Assembly: GCA_902605755.1 (NCBI GenBank)
Contig: CACLDR010000002.1
Location: 44,832-108,831 of the forward strand
Reading direction: 5' to 3'
Length of the DNA: 64,000 nt
Source: an uncultured Marinoscillum sp.
Lineage (GTDB): Bacteria; Bacteroidota; Bacteroidia; Cytophagales; Cyclobacteriaceae
The position numbers were made by a program, and so were the translations under genes. The notes under the pieces are model-generated. The model was not told where the DNA came from and did no database searches. It saw nothing but the letters and a program-made list of their open reading frames with translations. Positions within the stretch are counted from its first letter, which is position 1. Every line of letters begins with the position of its first letter. Shown here one piece after another: positions 51,314 to 60,002 of the stretch.

Positions 51314-52354
51314 ACCTGTAATTAGTTTAATTAACCATGATCATCAGTGAATATATTTTTTTTGATCTCGAGTAGCGGTACTTGGTAAATTAAAATGAAC
51401 TGATTTAAGTAACGTATGTCAATTACTAATTTCCAGTTATTTATTCTAATACTTTTATACTTCTCATTACAAAATAATACTCAACAGTGACTTTATTGAT
51501 TTGTTTGTCAATCATAATAAATAAAACACGAAAAGGTAAAAAAATAAGGAACATAATAAACACTTATTAAACCTATTTTTGATATTCAATCTGTCAAAAA
51601 TTATATTATTTTCTATTAAAGATATTATCAATCCATTTTTGATAAAATTCTCATAAAATGCATAACACCTATCAATGTGTAGATTTTTCAAATTCAACTG
51701 CCATCTATAATAGGGGAATCGATAAATAAAACACGAAGTAAACGAAATTTTTAAAAGACAGCTACTCATCCAATCAAAAGTGCAACTTTATATTAAGGAT
51801 CGATGACATAAAAACGATCAAAGTAATATACATTCTACTCCGAGGATTCCTATGGCTTGCTCTACATTTAAGAGGTTTTCTCAAAAAATCAATTGTAACC
51901 AATACTTAAGAATATCACAAATATTCCAACCCACCTTTATTTCCTCCAATACTTATTAACTGTCAAATATATTTTCTAATCACTTATCCTATCAAATAAT
52001 AAGTAAAGTGGAAGATCAATCGGTAATTCTAAAAAAATGAAGATATAATTGTTCTTTTATCCCTTTCTTTGAAATTAGGTGATACTCGTAAGTATGAAGT
52101 TTATAAAACCCATTTAACTCTTTTAAACCTGAGATTTATTCCATTTTTTCAATATCTAATTAATGAATTATTAACTTACAAAGCTTATTTAAAAGATTTC
52201 ATAGATTATGCAAAAAATAAATATCATGACAGAGTCATATCTTATTTAAATTTAAATTTAAATTCATTTAATTTCACTCTAATTAACATTAATCTATTTC
52301 AATGGAAATATACTTGAATTATTTGTATCTATTATTATCATTTTTTTACATCAA

Positions 52355-52939
52355 TTGAACTATTTAGCCCATATTTTTCTGTCAGGAGATAACGATCTAT
52401 TGAAAGTAGGAAATTTTTTAGGTGATTTTGTTAGAAGTAAGGATCAAAAAAATTACAGCACTGAAATCCAACAAGGCATCAAGCTTCATCACTATATTGA
52501 CCATTACACAGATACACATGCCACTGTCAACAAAAGTAAAATTCGATTGAGACCACAGTTTGGCCATTATTCACCCGTAATTGTAGATATGTACTATGAT
52601 CACCTCTTAGCATTAAATTGGTCTCATTTTTCAAAGATTAGTTTAGAGAATTTTACATATCATTTTTATACCCTTACAGATAAAAATAAGTCTATTTTCC
52701 CTAAAAAGGCCCATCATATTCTATATTACATGAAACGAGATAATTGGCTCTGTGAATACCGTACTTTAGAAGGAATAGACAAAGCATTGACAGGTTTATC
52801 AAGAAGAACTAAATTTGTTTCAAAGATGGAGTCAGCAGCCTTTGAGTTAAAGGAAAATTTTAGTCAATATCAGAGGGATTTTAATTCGTTTTTTCCAGAA
52901 TTATTAGCTGAAGTAAATTGTGTGAGGAATCAATTATGA
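52355..52939 (+). CDS. acpH: Acyl carrier protein phosphodiesterase
   Basis: MNYLAHIFLSGDNDLLKVGNFLGDFVR... is an AcpH (DUF479) N-terminal signature, and 194 aa is the right size. Confidence 0.8.
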   Translation: MNYLAHIFLSGDNDLLKVGNFLGDFVRSKDQKNYSTEIQQGIKLHHYIDHYTDTHATVNKSKIRLRPQFGHYSPVIVDMYYDHLLALNWSHFSKISLENFTYHFYTLTDKNKSIFPKKAHHILYYMKRDNWLCEYRTLEGIDKALTGLSRRTKFVSKMESAAFELKENFSQYQRDFNSFFPELLAEVNCVRNQL

Positions 52940-53307
52940 TCAAAGAAATGTTACTTGTGGGATTAGGTGCCTTTTTCGGAAGTAGTTTCCGCTATTTAAT
53001 TAATATTAAAATAGGCCTATTAAACTTATTATTTCCTTGGGCTACTTTTGGAATCAATCTTACAGGCTCTTTGTTGATTGGCATACTTATGGCCATATCC
53101 TTTAAGGACCAAAACCTTTGGAAACTTCTCTTAACCACCGGATTTTGTGGAGGGTTTACTACTTTTTCAAGTTTTTCATTTGAGAGCTTATCCCTCCTCA
53201 AATCAGGTAATATTGTTATGGCCTTGAATTATATTTTTTTAAGTATTATGGGTGGTTTATTATTTGCAATAATAGGATATTACCTAACCAATAAATTTGT
53301 CCAATAG
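52936..53307 (+). CDS. crcB: Fluoride ion channel CrcB/FluC
   Basis: Four TM segments, GAFFGSSFRY and GFCGGFTTFSSF motifs. Its ATG overlaps the acpH stop (ATGA), so I prefer it to the track start at 52918. Confidence 0.9.
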   Translation: MIKEMLLVGLGAFFGSSFRYLINIKIGLLNLLFPWATFGINLTGSLLIGILMAISFKDQNLWKLLLTTGFCGGFTTFSSFSFESLSLLKSGNIVMALNYIFLSIMGGLLFAIIGYYLTNKFVQ

Positions 53308-53323
53308 CCAAGTATTATCGTAA

Positions 53324-54505
53324 ATGAACTCACTATATGATCTCTTAGGTATCTCGAAAACAGCAGATAGCCGAACTATTAAAACTGCCTTTAAAAAAAA
53401 AGCTCTCCATTATCATCCAGATAAAAACAATGGCAATCTCGAAAAGGAAGAGATTTTCAAAAAAATTAATACTGCCTATCAAATTTTGAGCGATCCTAAA
53501 TCACGGGCAAATTATGATTTAAGTATTGCTACTAGAACAATTTTATATTCTTCTTCTGTACCAACGGAAAATAAAAATCCATATAAATATCATTCGAAAT
53601 CAAGGCATTTTAGAGCCTACGCAACACCAGAAATTGACTATGAGGCAAATAGAAAATCAACATTATATGCTTTTGGTTTTGTATTTATCATTGCCTTGTT
53701 AGTCGTAAGTATCGTGAATATGCGAAATGCTTATAACGAAAAAATATTCTTTGAAAGATTAGAGGAAAGAAAATCGATTTTCTATCAGGCTACCGCATTT
53801 TATGCTGATGGAAAATTGGATGCCACCTTATCTAAATTAAATGAACTAAAAGGATACATCCTTCCTTATGAAAAAGAGATGGAACTGTTTGAAAATAATA
53901 TATATACTGAACTGGTGGCGCAAGTGACCCAACATCATAAAGACAACTCCCATCATAAGGCTTTAGCACATTTTAATTTACTCGAGAAGTATACTCCATT
54001 CAACGAAATTAAATTACTCGATTGGCAAGCACAAGCCTATCGTGCTACTTTACAGGGTGCGGCAGCTATCCAATCACTTGAAAAAATATTGCTTCTTGGG
54101 CACCGGACGGTGTATACCTATGTGGAGCTGGCCGAAATTTATGATCAACTAATGAAAGATTCTGAAACTGCCTTAATTTATTATGAAAAAGCTAATACAT
54201 ATGCCCAAAAGTATTATGAAGGTCTTTATGGTAAAGCATATGCTGTATTAATTAAAAATGCTGATTTACCTGAAAGTCATTATCGACTTTATAATGGTCT
54301 TGCCAAGACTTATTTGAAAACAAATAATCCAATTCAAGCCTTAAAAGTTAATAAATGGAATATAAAAGTTTGGCCAAAAAAAGGAGAGGCCCATCTGGTA
54401 AATGCCAAGGCCCACCTATTACTTAAGGCATCTCGTTCAGCTTGTGAGGAATACTTAATTGCATCAGAAAAAGGCATTCGGACAGAGAATATTTTTTGTA
54501 ATTGA
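53324..54505 (+). CDS. J-domain (DnaJ-like) membrane protein with TPR-like C-terminal repeats
   Basis: LYDLLGISKTADSRTIKTAFKKKALHYHPDKN (HPD motif), one TM segment (LYAFGFVFIIALLVVSIV), then helical-repeat sequence. Confidence 0.85.
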   Translation: MNSLYDLLGISKTADSRTIKTAFKKKALHYHPDKNNGNLEKEEIFKKINTAYQILSDPKSRANYDLSIATRTILYSSSVPTENKNPYKYHSKSRHFRAYATPEIDYEANRKSTLYAFGFVFIIALLVVSIVNMRNAYNEKIFFERLEERKSIFYQATAFYADGKLDATLSKLNELKGYILPYEKEMELFENNIYTELVAQVTQHHKDNSHHKALAHFNLLEKYTPFNEIKLLDWQAQAYRATLQGAAAIQSLEKILLLGHRTVYTYVELAEIYDQLMKDSETALIYYEKANTYAQKYYEGLYGKAYAVLIKNADLPESHYRLYNGLAKTYLKTNNPIQALKVNKWNIKVWPKKGEAHLVNAKAHLLLKASRSACEEYLIASEKGIRTENIFCN

Positions 54506-54934
54506 TCAACCAACAAAATCTCCCATTTTTCTTCTACAATCCTTTACCTGATTATTTAAAATCAATTTCCAGAAGGGAGACTTTTTAAAAATCAATTTTG
54601 TATAGACCATCAGATTATTTCCACGCATGTTCCATATTCCGGAACTATTCAACATATTGGCGGATTGTAAAGCATATTCAAACCCCATATCTCGCGTGAA
54701 CTCTCTCAGACATGGATTTCCGTAAAGAACTTTCCCTGATTTTGTTTTGAAAATTATATCAATATTTTTTTGATTTTTAGCTACCCTTCTTTTCAATTTT
54801 TTTGGAGTAATTCTTATGCTTTCATCTGTACTGAAAGTAGTACTAACTTTATCCTGACCCAAACAAATGAGGGTCATTATAAATAAAATCCAAACACAAA
54901 AACATTTTAGGAAATCTATTTTCACCGAATTCAA
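54506..54934 (-). CDS. Hypothetical exported protein
   Basis: 142-aa ORF with an N-terminal hydrophobic signal/anchor (CFCVWILFIMTLICLG). Non-ATG start. No family recognised. Confidence 0.5.
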   Translation of the reverse strand: MNSVKIDFLKCFCVWILFIMTLICLGQDKVSTTFSTDESIRITPKKLKRRVAKNQKNIDIIFKTKSGKVLYGNPCLREFTRDMGFEYALQSANMLNSSGIWNMRGNNLMVYTKLIFKKSPFWKLILNNQVKDCRRKMGDFVG

Positions 54935-54982
54935 CCAAATGATAGCCTATACTTAAATATCTTTACCACTAATTTAGCTATT

Positions 54983-55756
54983 GTGAAATATATAATTAGT
55001 TTCTTTTTAAAAACAATTCCTAGAAAACAACTTCACCTGATTAGTCACTACGTACTAAAAATACTTGCTCTTTTTTATAAAGGTAACCAAGTTAAATGTC
55101 CTGTTTGTATGCATTCCTTCAGAAAGTTTCTCCCATATGGACGTATTAGTCGGTCCAATGCACTTTGCCCCAATTGTTTATCACTAGAGCGACATCGCCT
55201 TTTATGGCTTTTCCTCAATGATAAAACAGATTTCTTTACTGCTAATGCTAAAATGCTGCATGTTGCTCCTGAGCTATGCTACATAAAAAGATTTGAATCT
55301 CTCCCTAAACTCGAGTATCTGACCGCAGATTTAGAATCTCCTTTGGCTAAAATTAAAATGGACATCCATAACATTCCATTCCCAGAAAACTCTTTTGATA
55401 TCGTCTTTTGCAATCATGTGTTAGAACATGTTCGGGACGATAAAAAAGTGATGAGTGAAATTCTTCGTGTTTTAAAGCCTGGAGGTTGGGCTATCCTTCA
55501 AGTTCCCATATTCTTACCCCTAATCCCAACAACTTTCGAGGATCCAACAATCATAAATCCTCAAAAAAGAGCTGAACTATTTGGTCAAGATGACCATGTA
55601 CGGATGTATGGAAAAGATTATGCAGATCGTATTCGCAATGCAGGTTTTGAAGTTATAGAAGAAAACTTCATCGACGGACTTGAGCCAGACCTTATCAAAA
55701 AGTATGTACTCCCTCAGGGTGAAATCATTCATCGTGCCATTAAACCTAGTCAATAG
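54983..55756 (+). CDS. Class I SAM-dependent methyltransferase with an N-terminal Cys4 zinc ribbon
   Basis: CPVC...CPNC ribbon, then FDIVFCNHVLEHV and LKPGGWAILQVP (methyltransferase type 11 pattern). GTG start. Confidence 0.85.
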   Translation: MKYIISFFLKTIPRKQLHLISHYVLKILALFYKGNQVKCPVCMHSFRKFLPYGRISRSNALCPNCLSLERHRLLWLFLNDKTDFFTANAKMLHVAPELCYIKRFESLPKLEYLTADLESPLAKIKMDIHNIPFPENSFDIVFCNHVLEHVRDDKKVMSEILRVLKPGGWAILQVPIFLPLIPTTFEDPTIINPQKRAELFGQDDHVRMYGKDYADRIRNAGFEVIEENFIDGLEPDLIKKYVLPQGEIIHRAIKPSQ

Positions 55757-56745
55757 AGGTCGATATACTTTTTATTGGGATTAATACCCCTAAATTTCTG
55801 AATATACTCGTGAGTAAAACCCACTGCATATCCTGACATTTGAATCAATGTTGTCAATGGAGTATAAAGTGCTGCTTTCAATGATTTTAACTTAAGTAAG
55901 GCCTCAGCAGCTATAAGAAATAAATAAATTATGTAGCATTTTACTCCAAAAAAACCTAGATTATGATTTAATAAACTCAAGATAACGACACATATAAATC
56001 CAATTATAAAAATTAATGGAAATAAATGTAATATTTTTAAATGACTCGGATGAAAACGCGTTAGGTTAACTCTTGCTCTTCCAAAATAATTAATTTGCTT
56101 ATAAAATTGGATCAAATTAGTCCGTCTCTTGTGATAGACAAAAGCATTGGGTATGAATACGGTCTTGAAGCCTGCAGTGATGATCCTGATACTGAATTCA
56201 AGATCTTCTCCCATATATGGAATACGATAACCCCCTGTTTTTTGAAATACCTTTTTAGTAATTCCCATATTGAAACTTCTAGGATGGTATGGCCCAATTT
56301 GCTTATTACTTCCCCTGATACCTCCAGTGGTTAGAAAAGAGGTCATGGTATGACTGATAGCTCTTTGGATAGGAGTGAACGAATCAAGGGCAGCATCAGG
56401 CCCTCCGAAAGCATCAACTTGATACAGATTCAAATAGCTATTTATCTCTTGAAGATAATTTGGAGGAATAAGACAGTCAGAATCAAACACAATAAAAACC
56501 TCTCCTTTTGCCCTTTTGTAACCATAATTCCTCGCATAACCCTGACCTTCGTTTTCCTTAAAAAAATATCTTAGCCTGAGCTGTTTTGAATAATACTCCG
56601 CAATGGTTCGACACGTTTTTTCAGAGCCATCTTCAACTAGAACAACTTCAAAATCTCGAAAAGATTGCTGCGTCAACGAAGCCAACAGCTCTTCTATCTC
56701 AACCGGTCTGTTAAATACTGGAATGATTATGGAGTACCTAGGCAT
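55750..56745 (-). CDS. Family 2 glycosyltransferase with C-terminal TM segments
   Basis: YSIIIPVFNRPVEIEELLASL, VLVEDGSEK and FDSDCLIP (DxD) form the GT-A fold. It overlaps the upstream GT2 gene by 8 nt. Confidence 0.85.
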   Translation of the reverse strand: MPRYSIIIPVFNRPVEIEELLASLTQQSFRDFEVVLVEDGSEKTCRTIAEYYSKQLRLRYFFKENEGQGYARNYGYKRAKGEVFIVFDSDCLIPPNYLQEINSYLNLYQVDAFGGPDAALDSFTPIQRAISHTMTSFLTTGGIRGSNKQIGPYHPRSFNMGITKKVFQKTGGYRIPYMGEDLEFSIRIITAGFKTVFIPNAFVYHKRRTNLIQFYKQINYFGRARVNLTRFHPSHLKILHLFPLIFIIGFICVVILSLLNHNLGFFGVKCYIIYLFLIAAEALLKLKSLKAALYTPLTTLIQMSGYAVGFTHEYIQKFRGINPNKKYIDLY

Positions 56746-57712
56746 TCAGCTTTATTTCTTCTTCTATTTGGTAGTCATGTTTATTAGGGCTCGATTGTAT
56801 AACCATTTCTGCCAGAAATCCAGACAAAAATAGTTGTACACCAATGATCAATGCCACAAGGGCAAGAAAGAAAATAGGCTGATCAACTACATCTCTTGTG
56901 GGTAATCCATAATATTGATTAAGTATTTTATCTACAATCAAAAATAAGGTAATCCCAAATCCACTCATAAAACTCATAATCCCCAATAAGCCAAAGAAGT
57001 GCATGGGATTTTTACGAAAACGAGTAATGAAAGAGACCGACAACAAATCCAAAAAGCCAGTAATGTACCTCTCAAACCCAAATTTAGTCACTCCATATTT
57101 TCTGGCTTGATGAACTACAACTGTTTCAGTAATTTTTTTATAACCACTCCATTTAACCAAAAGGGGAATGTATCGATGCCGTTCACCGTAAACATTGATG
57201 CTTTTTATAACACGATTTTGATAAGCCTTCAGTCCACAATTAAAATCATGCAATTTAATGCCTGAAAAAATCCGTGTCACCCAATTGAAAAATTTAGAGG
57301 GAATCCTTTTTTCCAGGGGATCATGACGGATTTTTTTCCATCCTGAAACCATATGGTAACCTTCCTCTGTTATCATTCTGTGCAATTTGGGTATCTCATC
57401 TGGAGAATCCTGCAGGTCGGCGTCCATAGTAATAACTACATCACCTGTACAAATTTGGAATCCCGCATGTAAAGCAGCACTTTTTCCATAATTACGAGTA
57501 AATCTCAATCCTCGAATATGATTATCAATTATGGCCAATTTTGATATCTCCTTCCAAGAATCATCAATACTTCCATCGTCGACAAAAATCAATTCTGCTT
57601 GAAGGTTTGATATTTCAAGTACTTTTTTGATCCAATTATATAGCTCTGCTATAGACTCCTGTTCATCTAATACCGGTATAACTATCGAAACATTATTTTT
57701 AATTAACGACAC
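56738..57712 (-). CDS. Polyprenol-phosphate glycosyltransferase (GtrB/ArnC/DPM1-like GT2)
   Basis: VSIVIPVLDEQESI, FVDDGSIDDS, MDADLQDSP and two C-terminal TM helices. Confidence 0.9.
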   Translation of the reverse strand: MSLIKNNVSIVIPVLDEQESIAELYNWIKKVLEISNLQAELIFVDDGSIDDSWKEISKLAIIDNHIRGLRFTRNYGKSAALHAGFQICTGDVVITMDADLQDSPDEIPKLHRMITEEGYHMVSGWKKIRHDPLEKRIPSKFFNWVTRIFSGIKLHDFNCGLKAYQNRVIKSINVYGERHRYIPLLVKWSGYKKITETVVVHQARKYGVTKFGFERYITGFLDLLSVSFITRFRKNPMHFFGLLGIMSFMSGFGITLFLIVDKILNQYYGLPTRDVVDQPIFFLALVALIIGVQLFLSGFLAEMVIQSSPNKHDYQIEEEIKLNA

Positions 57713-57717
57713 AGCGG

Positions 57718-58239
57718 TTAATCTGAGAATTTAGGTTCTTTACGTTTAATAATAGCACCGGAGATTAATGACATCAATGCATAAAAAACCAAAACCATTC
57801 CAAAACTTTTAATTTGCCCCATCACGGTAAAACTTTCTGCAGTATCTGCATCTTCAATCGCTTGGTCTATGACCTCTTGATTGGCACCAAAACCTTCCAT
57901 CATTTCTACGGTTTGCTCAACAATGGCTTCAGAAATCAATTCTGGAAGATCAGGATCAATTACGTGAAACAAAAGTATATTAAAGACAATCCCTAAAATC
58001 CCTGCAACAACGAAGGCATAAAGAGAATAAATATAACCTATCTTGAAAGATAAATACCCTCCTGTAATCTCCCGATATTGGATACCATAATAAGTAGCCA
58101 ATGCAATAAATAACACCAATGAAGAGAGGCTAAACCACCATTTAATCATCAGCAAGGGATTAATAATATAAATCGTTAAGGAAATCAGTATTCCGACGAC
58201 CCCCATTATCAATCCGGATTTTAAAGCATGATCTTTCAT
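57718..58239 (-). CDS. Four-TM membrane protein, DUF4199-like
   Basis: 173 aa with four hydrophobic helices and an acidic central loop. The family assignment comes from size, topology and the conserved position next to the GtrB-like gene, so it is inference. Confidence 0.6.
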   Translation of the reverse strand: MKDHALKSGLIMGVVGILISLTIYIINPLLMIKWWFSLSSLVLFIALATYYGIQYREITGGYLSFKIGYIYSLYAFVVAGILGIVFNILLFHVIDPDLPELISEAIVEQTVEMMEGFGANQEVIDQAIEDADTAESFTVMGQIKSFGMVLVFYALMSLISGAIIKRKEPKFSD

Positions 58240-58250
58240 AATATTTATAA

Positions 58251-58754
58251 TTAAGTTTTTCTTTTCAAAATGGAAAATACTGGAGTGACCAGCATCGCTG
58301 ATATAAACTTTTTCAATCCACCTAGTAACATCAAGTCTAAAATAGTTGTTTCTTGAATGGTTTCCAACTGATTTTGATATTGTTCTTTTCCAAAACTCTC
58401 TATGTACTGCACTGATTTTATTTCTAAAAAATCAATAGCTTCCTGTTGATAACTGATCAAAATGTTTTCATCAAAATTCATTATCAAGAACAAGAATATC
58501 ACATATATTCCGCAAGAAAATATATTCAAAAAAAAGCCAATAGTCATACCTTGCCAAAAATGCAAAACACCTTCATTGATTACCTTTTTAAATTCATTCA
58601 TCGCAAAAAAAATTACCAACCCATAAATGAACAAATCAAAAAAAAGATGGCTCATTTCTATGAAAGGATGTACTCCAATAAGGTAGGATATCAAAAAGAC
58701 AATTATCATTAGAAATGCCGCGACAACGGCATATCGTAAACCTACATTTTTCAT
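58251..58754 (-). CDS. Four-TM membrane protein, DUF4199-like (tandem paralog)
   Basis: 167 aa with the same topology as its neighbour. It overlaps the pyrC-like stop by 4 nt. Confidence 0.6.
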   Translation of the reverse strand: MKNVGLRYAVVAAFLMIIVFLISYLIGVHPFIEMSHLFFDLFIYGLVIFFAMNEFKKVINEGVLHFWQGMTIGFFLNIFSCGIYVIFLFLIMNFDENILISYQQEAIDFLEIKSVQYIESFGKEQYQNQLETIQETTILDLMLLGGLKKFISAMLVTPVFSILKRKT

Positions 58755-60001
58755 ACTGCGCTTGGGAAATATGATTTTGCACCATTGATTATCCCTACAG
58801 ATTTACCCGTCAAAAGATGGCCTAATAAAGGTGAATTCATGGACTTGGAAATATTTGATTCCTGATTATAAACCCATTTTAAGTGAGTATCCAATAGTGT
58901 TAATTTAGCAAATTCGCCTTCCTCGATCTTAACTTTGGGTAAATTCAACACATGACGGGGGCCATTAGATAATTTTTCAAGTAATATATCTAAAGGTAAT
59001 TCTGTTGATATCAAACTAAGCAATGAAGAAAAAGCAGTCTGCAATCCGATCATTCCGAACTCCGCCATGTCAAATTCTAAATTTTTAGCCTCTGTATCTT
59101 GAGGTAGGTGATCAATTGAAAGAGCATCTATTGTACCATTTTTCAAACCTTTCTTTAATGCTTTGATATCCTTATTTGTACGCAAAGGTGGATCGACCTT
59201 ATAGCAGGAATCAAAGGAAGACAAACTATCATCGGAATAACATAATTGGTGTAAGATCACATCACAAGTTACCGCTAACCCACTTTTTTTTGCTTTGGCA
59301 ATTAAGGCTACAGATTCGAAGGTGGAAATACCATGGATGTGGAGTCGTCCACCCGTATAAGACAAAATAGAAAGATCTCTTTCAATCATGACTATTTCAG
59401 ATAAACTCGACATACCTACCAACCCTAAACTTGTGCTTACGCGCCCCTCATGCATTTGCCCCCCTCTTGATAGACTTAAATCGCGTGGCCTACTTACAAT
59501 AATTCCGTTGAATTTCTGTACATATTGCAACGCAGTTAATAACAGTTCTGCATTCATAATTGGGGCTGCACCATCTGTGAATGCGACGGCACCTGATTCT
59601 TTCAAATCTAAAATTTCTGCTAAACTGTCCCCCTCCAATTTCTTACTCAAAGCACCTAAGGGATGGACTGAAGTTACCTGTTGACTCGCTTTGTTCAAAA
59701 GGTATTCGATCGTACTTCGATTGTCCGTCGCTGGAAACGTATTGGGTAAGATACACACATCTGTAAACCCACCCTCACAAGCAGTTTTTAATCCAGTGTT
59801 TAAGTCTTCCTTATATTCTGTTCCAGGATCATTAAAATGACTTGATAAATCCATCAAGCCCGGAGTTACAATTTTTGGAGAAGCTGTTTTGATTTTACTC
59901 TTAGCAATAGACTTTATAATACCTTTTTCTATCCTTACATCTACCTCTTGCCCGTGATGGGTTGAGTGTGCATCTTGTACAACTACGTTTCTTAAATCCA
60001 T
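58751..60001 (-). CDS. pyrC: Dihydroorotase-like amidohydrolase with substitutions at expected metal-ligand positions
   Basis: Class I DHOase blocks are present: DLSSHFNDPGTEYKEDL (expected DxHxHxRxPG), AFTDGA, HIHGISTF, PPLRT and SIDHLPQDTEAK (expected DHAPH). See the finding for the degenerate positions. Confidence 0.8.
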   Translation of the reverse strand: MDLRNVVVQDAHSTHHGQEVDVRIEKGIIKSIAKSKIKTASPKIVTPGLMDLSSHFNDPGTEYKEDLNTGLKTACEGGFTDVCILPNTFPATDNRSTIEYLLNKASQQVTSVHPLGALSKKLEGDSLAEILDLKESGAVAFTDGAAPIMNAELLLTALQYVQKFNGIIVSRPRDLSLSRGGQMHEGRVSTSLGLVGMSSLSEIVMIERDLSILSYTGGRLHIHGISTFESVALIAKAKKSGLAVTCDVILHQLCYSDDSLSSFDSCYKVDPPLRTNKDIKALKKGLKNGTIDALSIDHLPQDTEAKNLEFDMAEFGMIGLQTAFSSLLSLISTELPLDILLEKLSNGPRHVLNLPKVKIEEGEFAKLTLLDTHLKWVYNQESNISKSMNSPLLGHLLTGKSVGIINGAKSYFPSAV

Positions 60002-60002
60002 T

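Noticed and set aside
51512-52317. ORFs 51512..51769 (-) and 52069..52317 (+) in the AT-rich spacer
   Set aside because: The composition (Asn, Ile, Lys, Phe, Tyr, Leu) is what random 75-80% AT sequence encodes. There are no motifs, signal peptides or coupling to neighbours. I did not call them genes, although real small proteins cannot be excluded.
52250-52940. Fluoride riboswitch upstream of crcB
   Set aside because: crcB is translationally coupled to acpH (ATGA overlap). The region upstream of acpH shows none of the conserved fluoride-riboswitch sequence.
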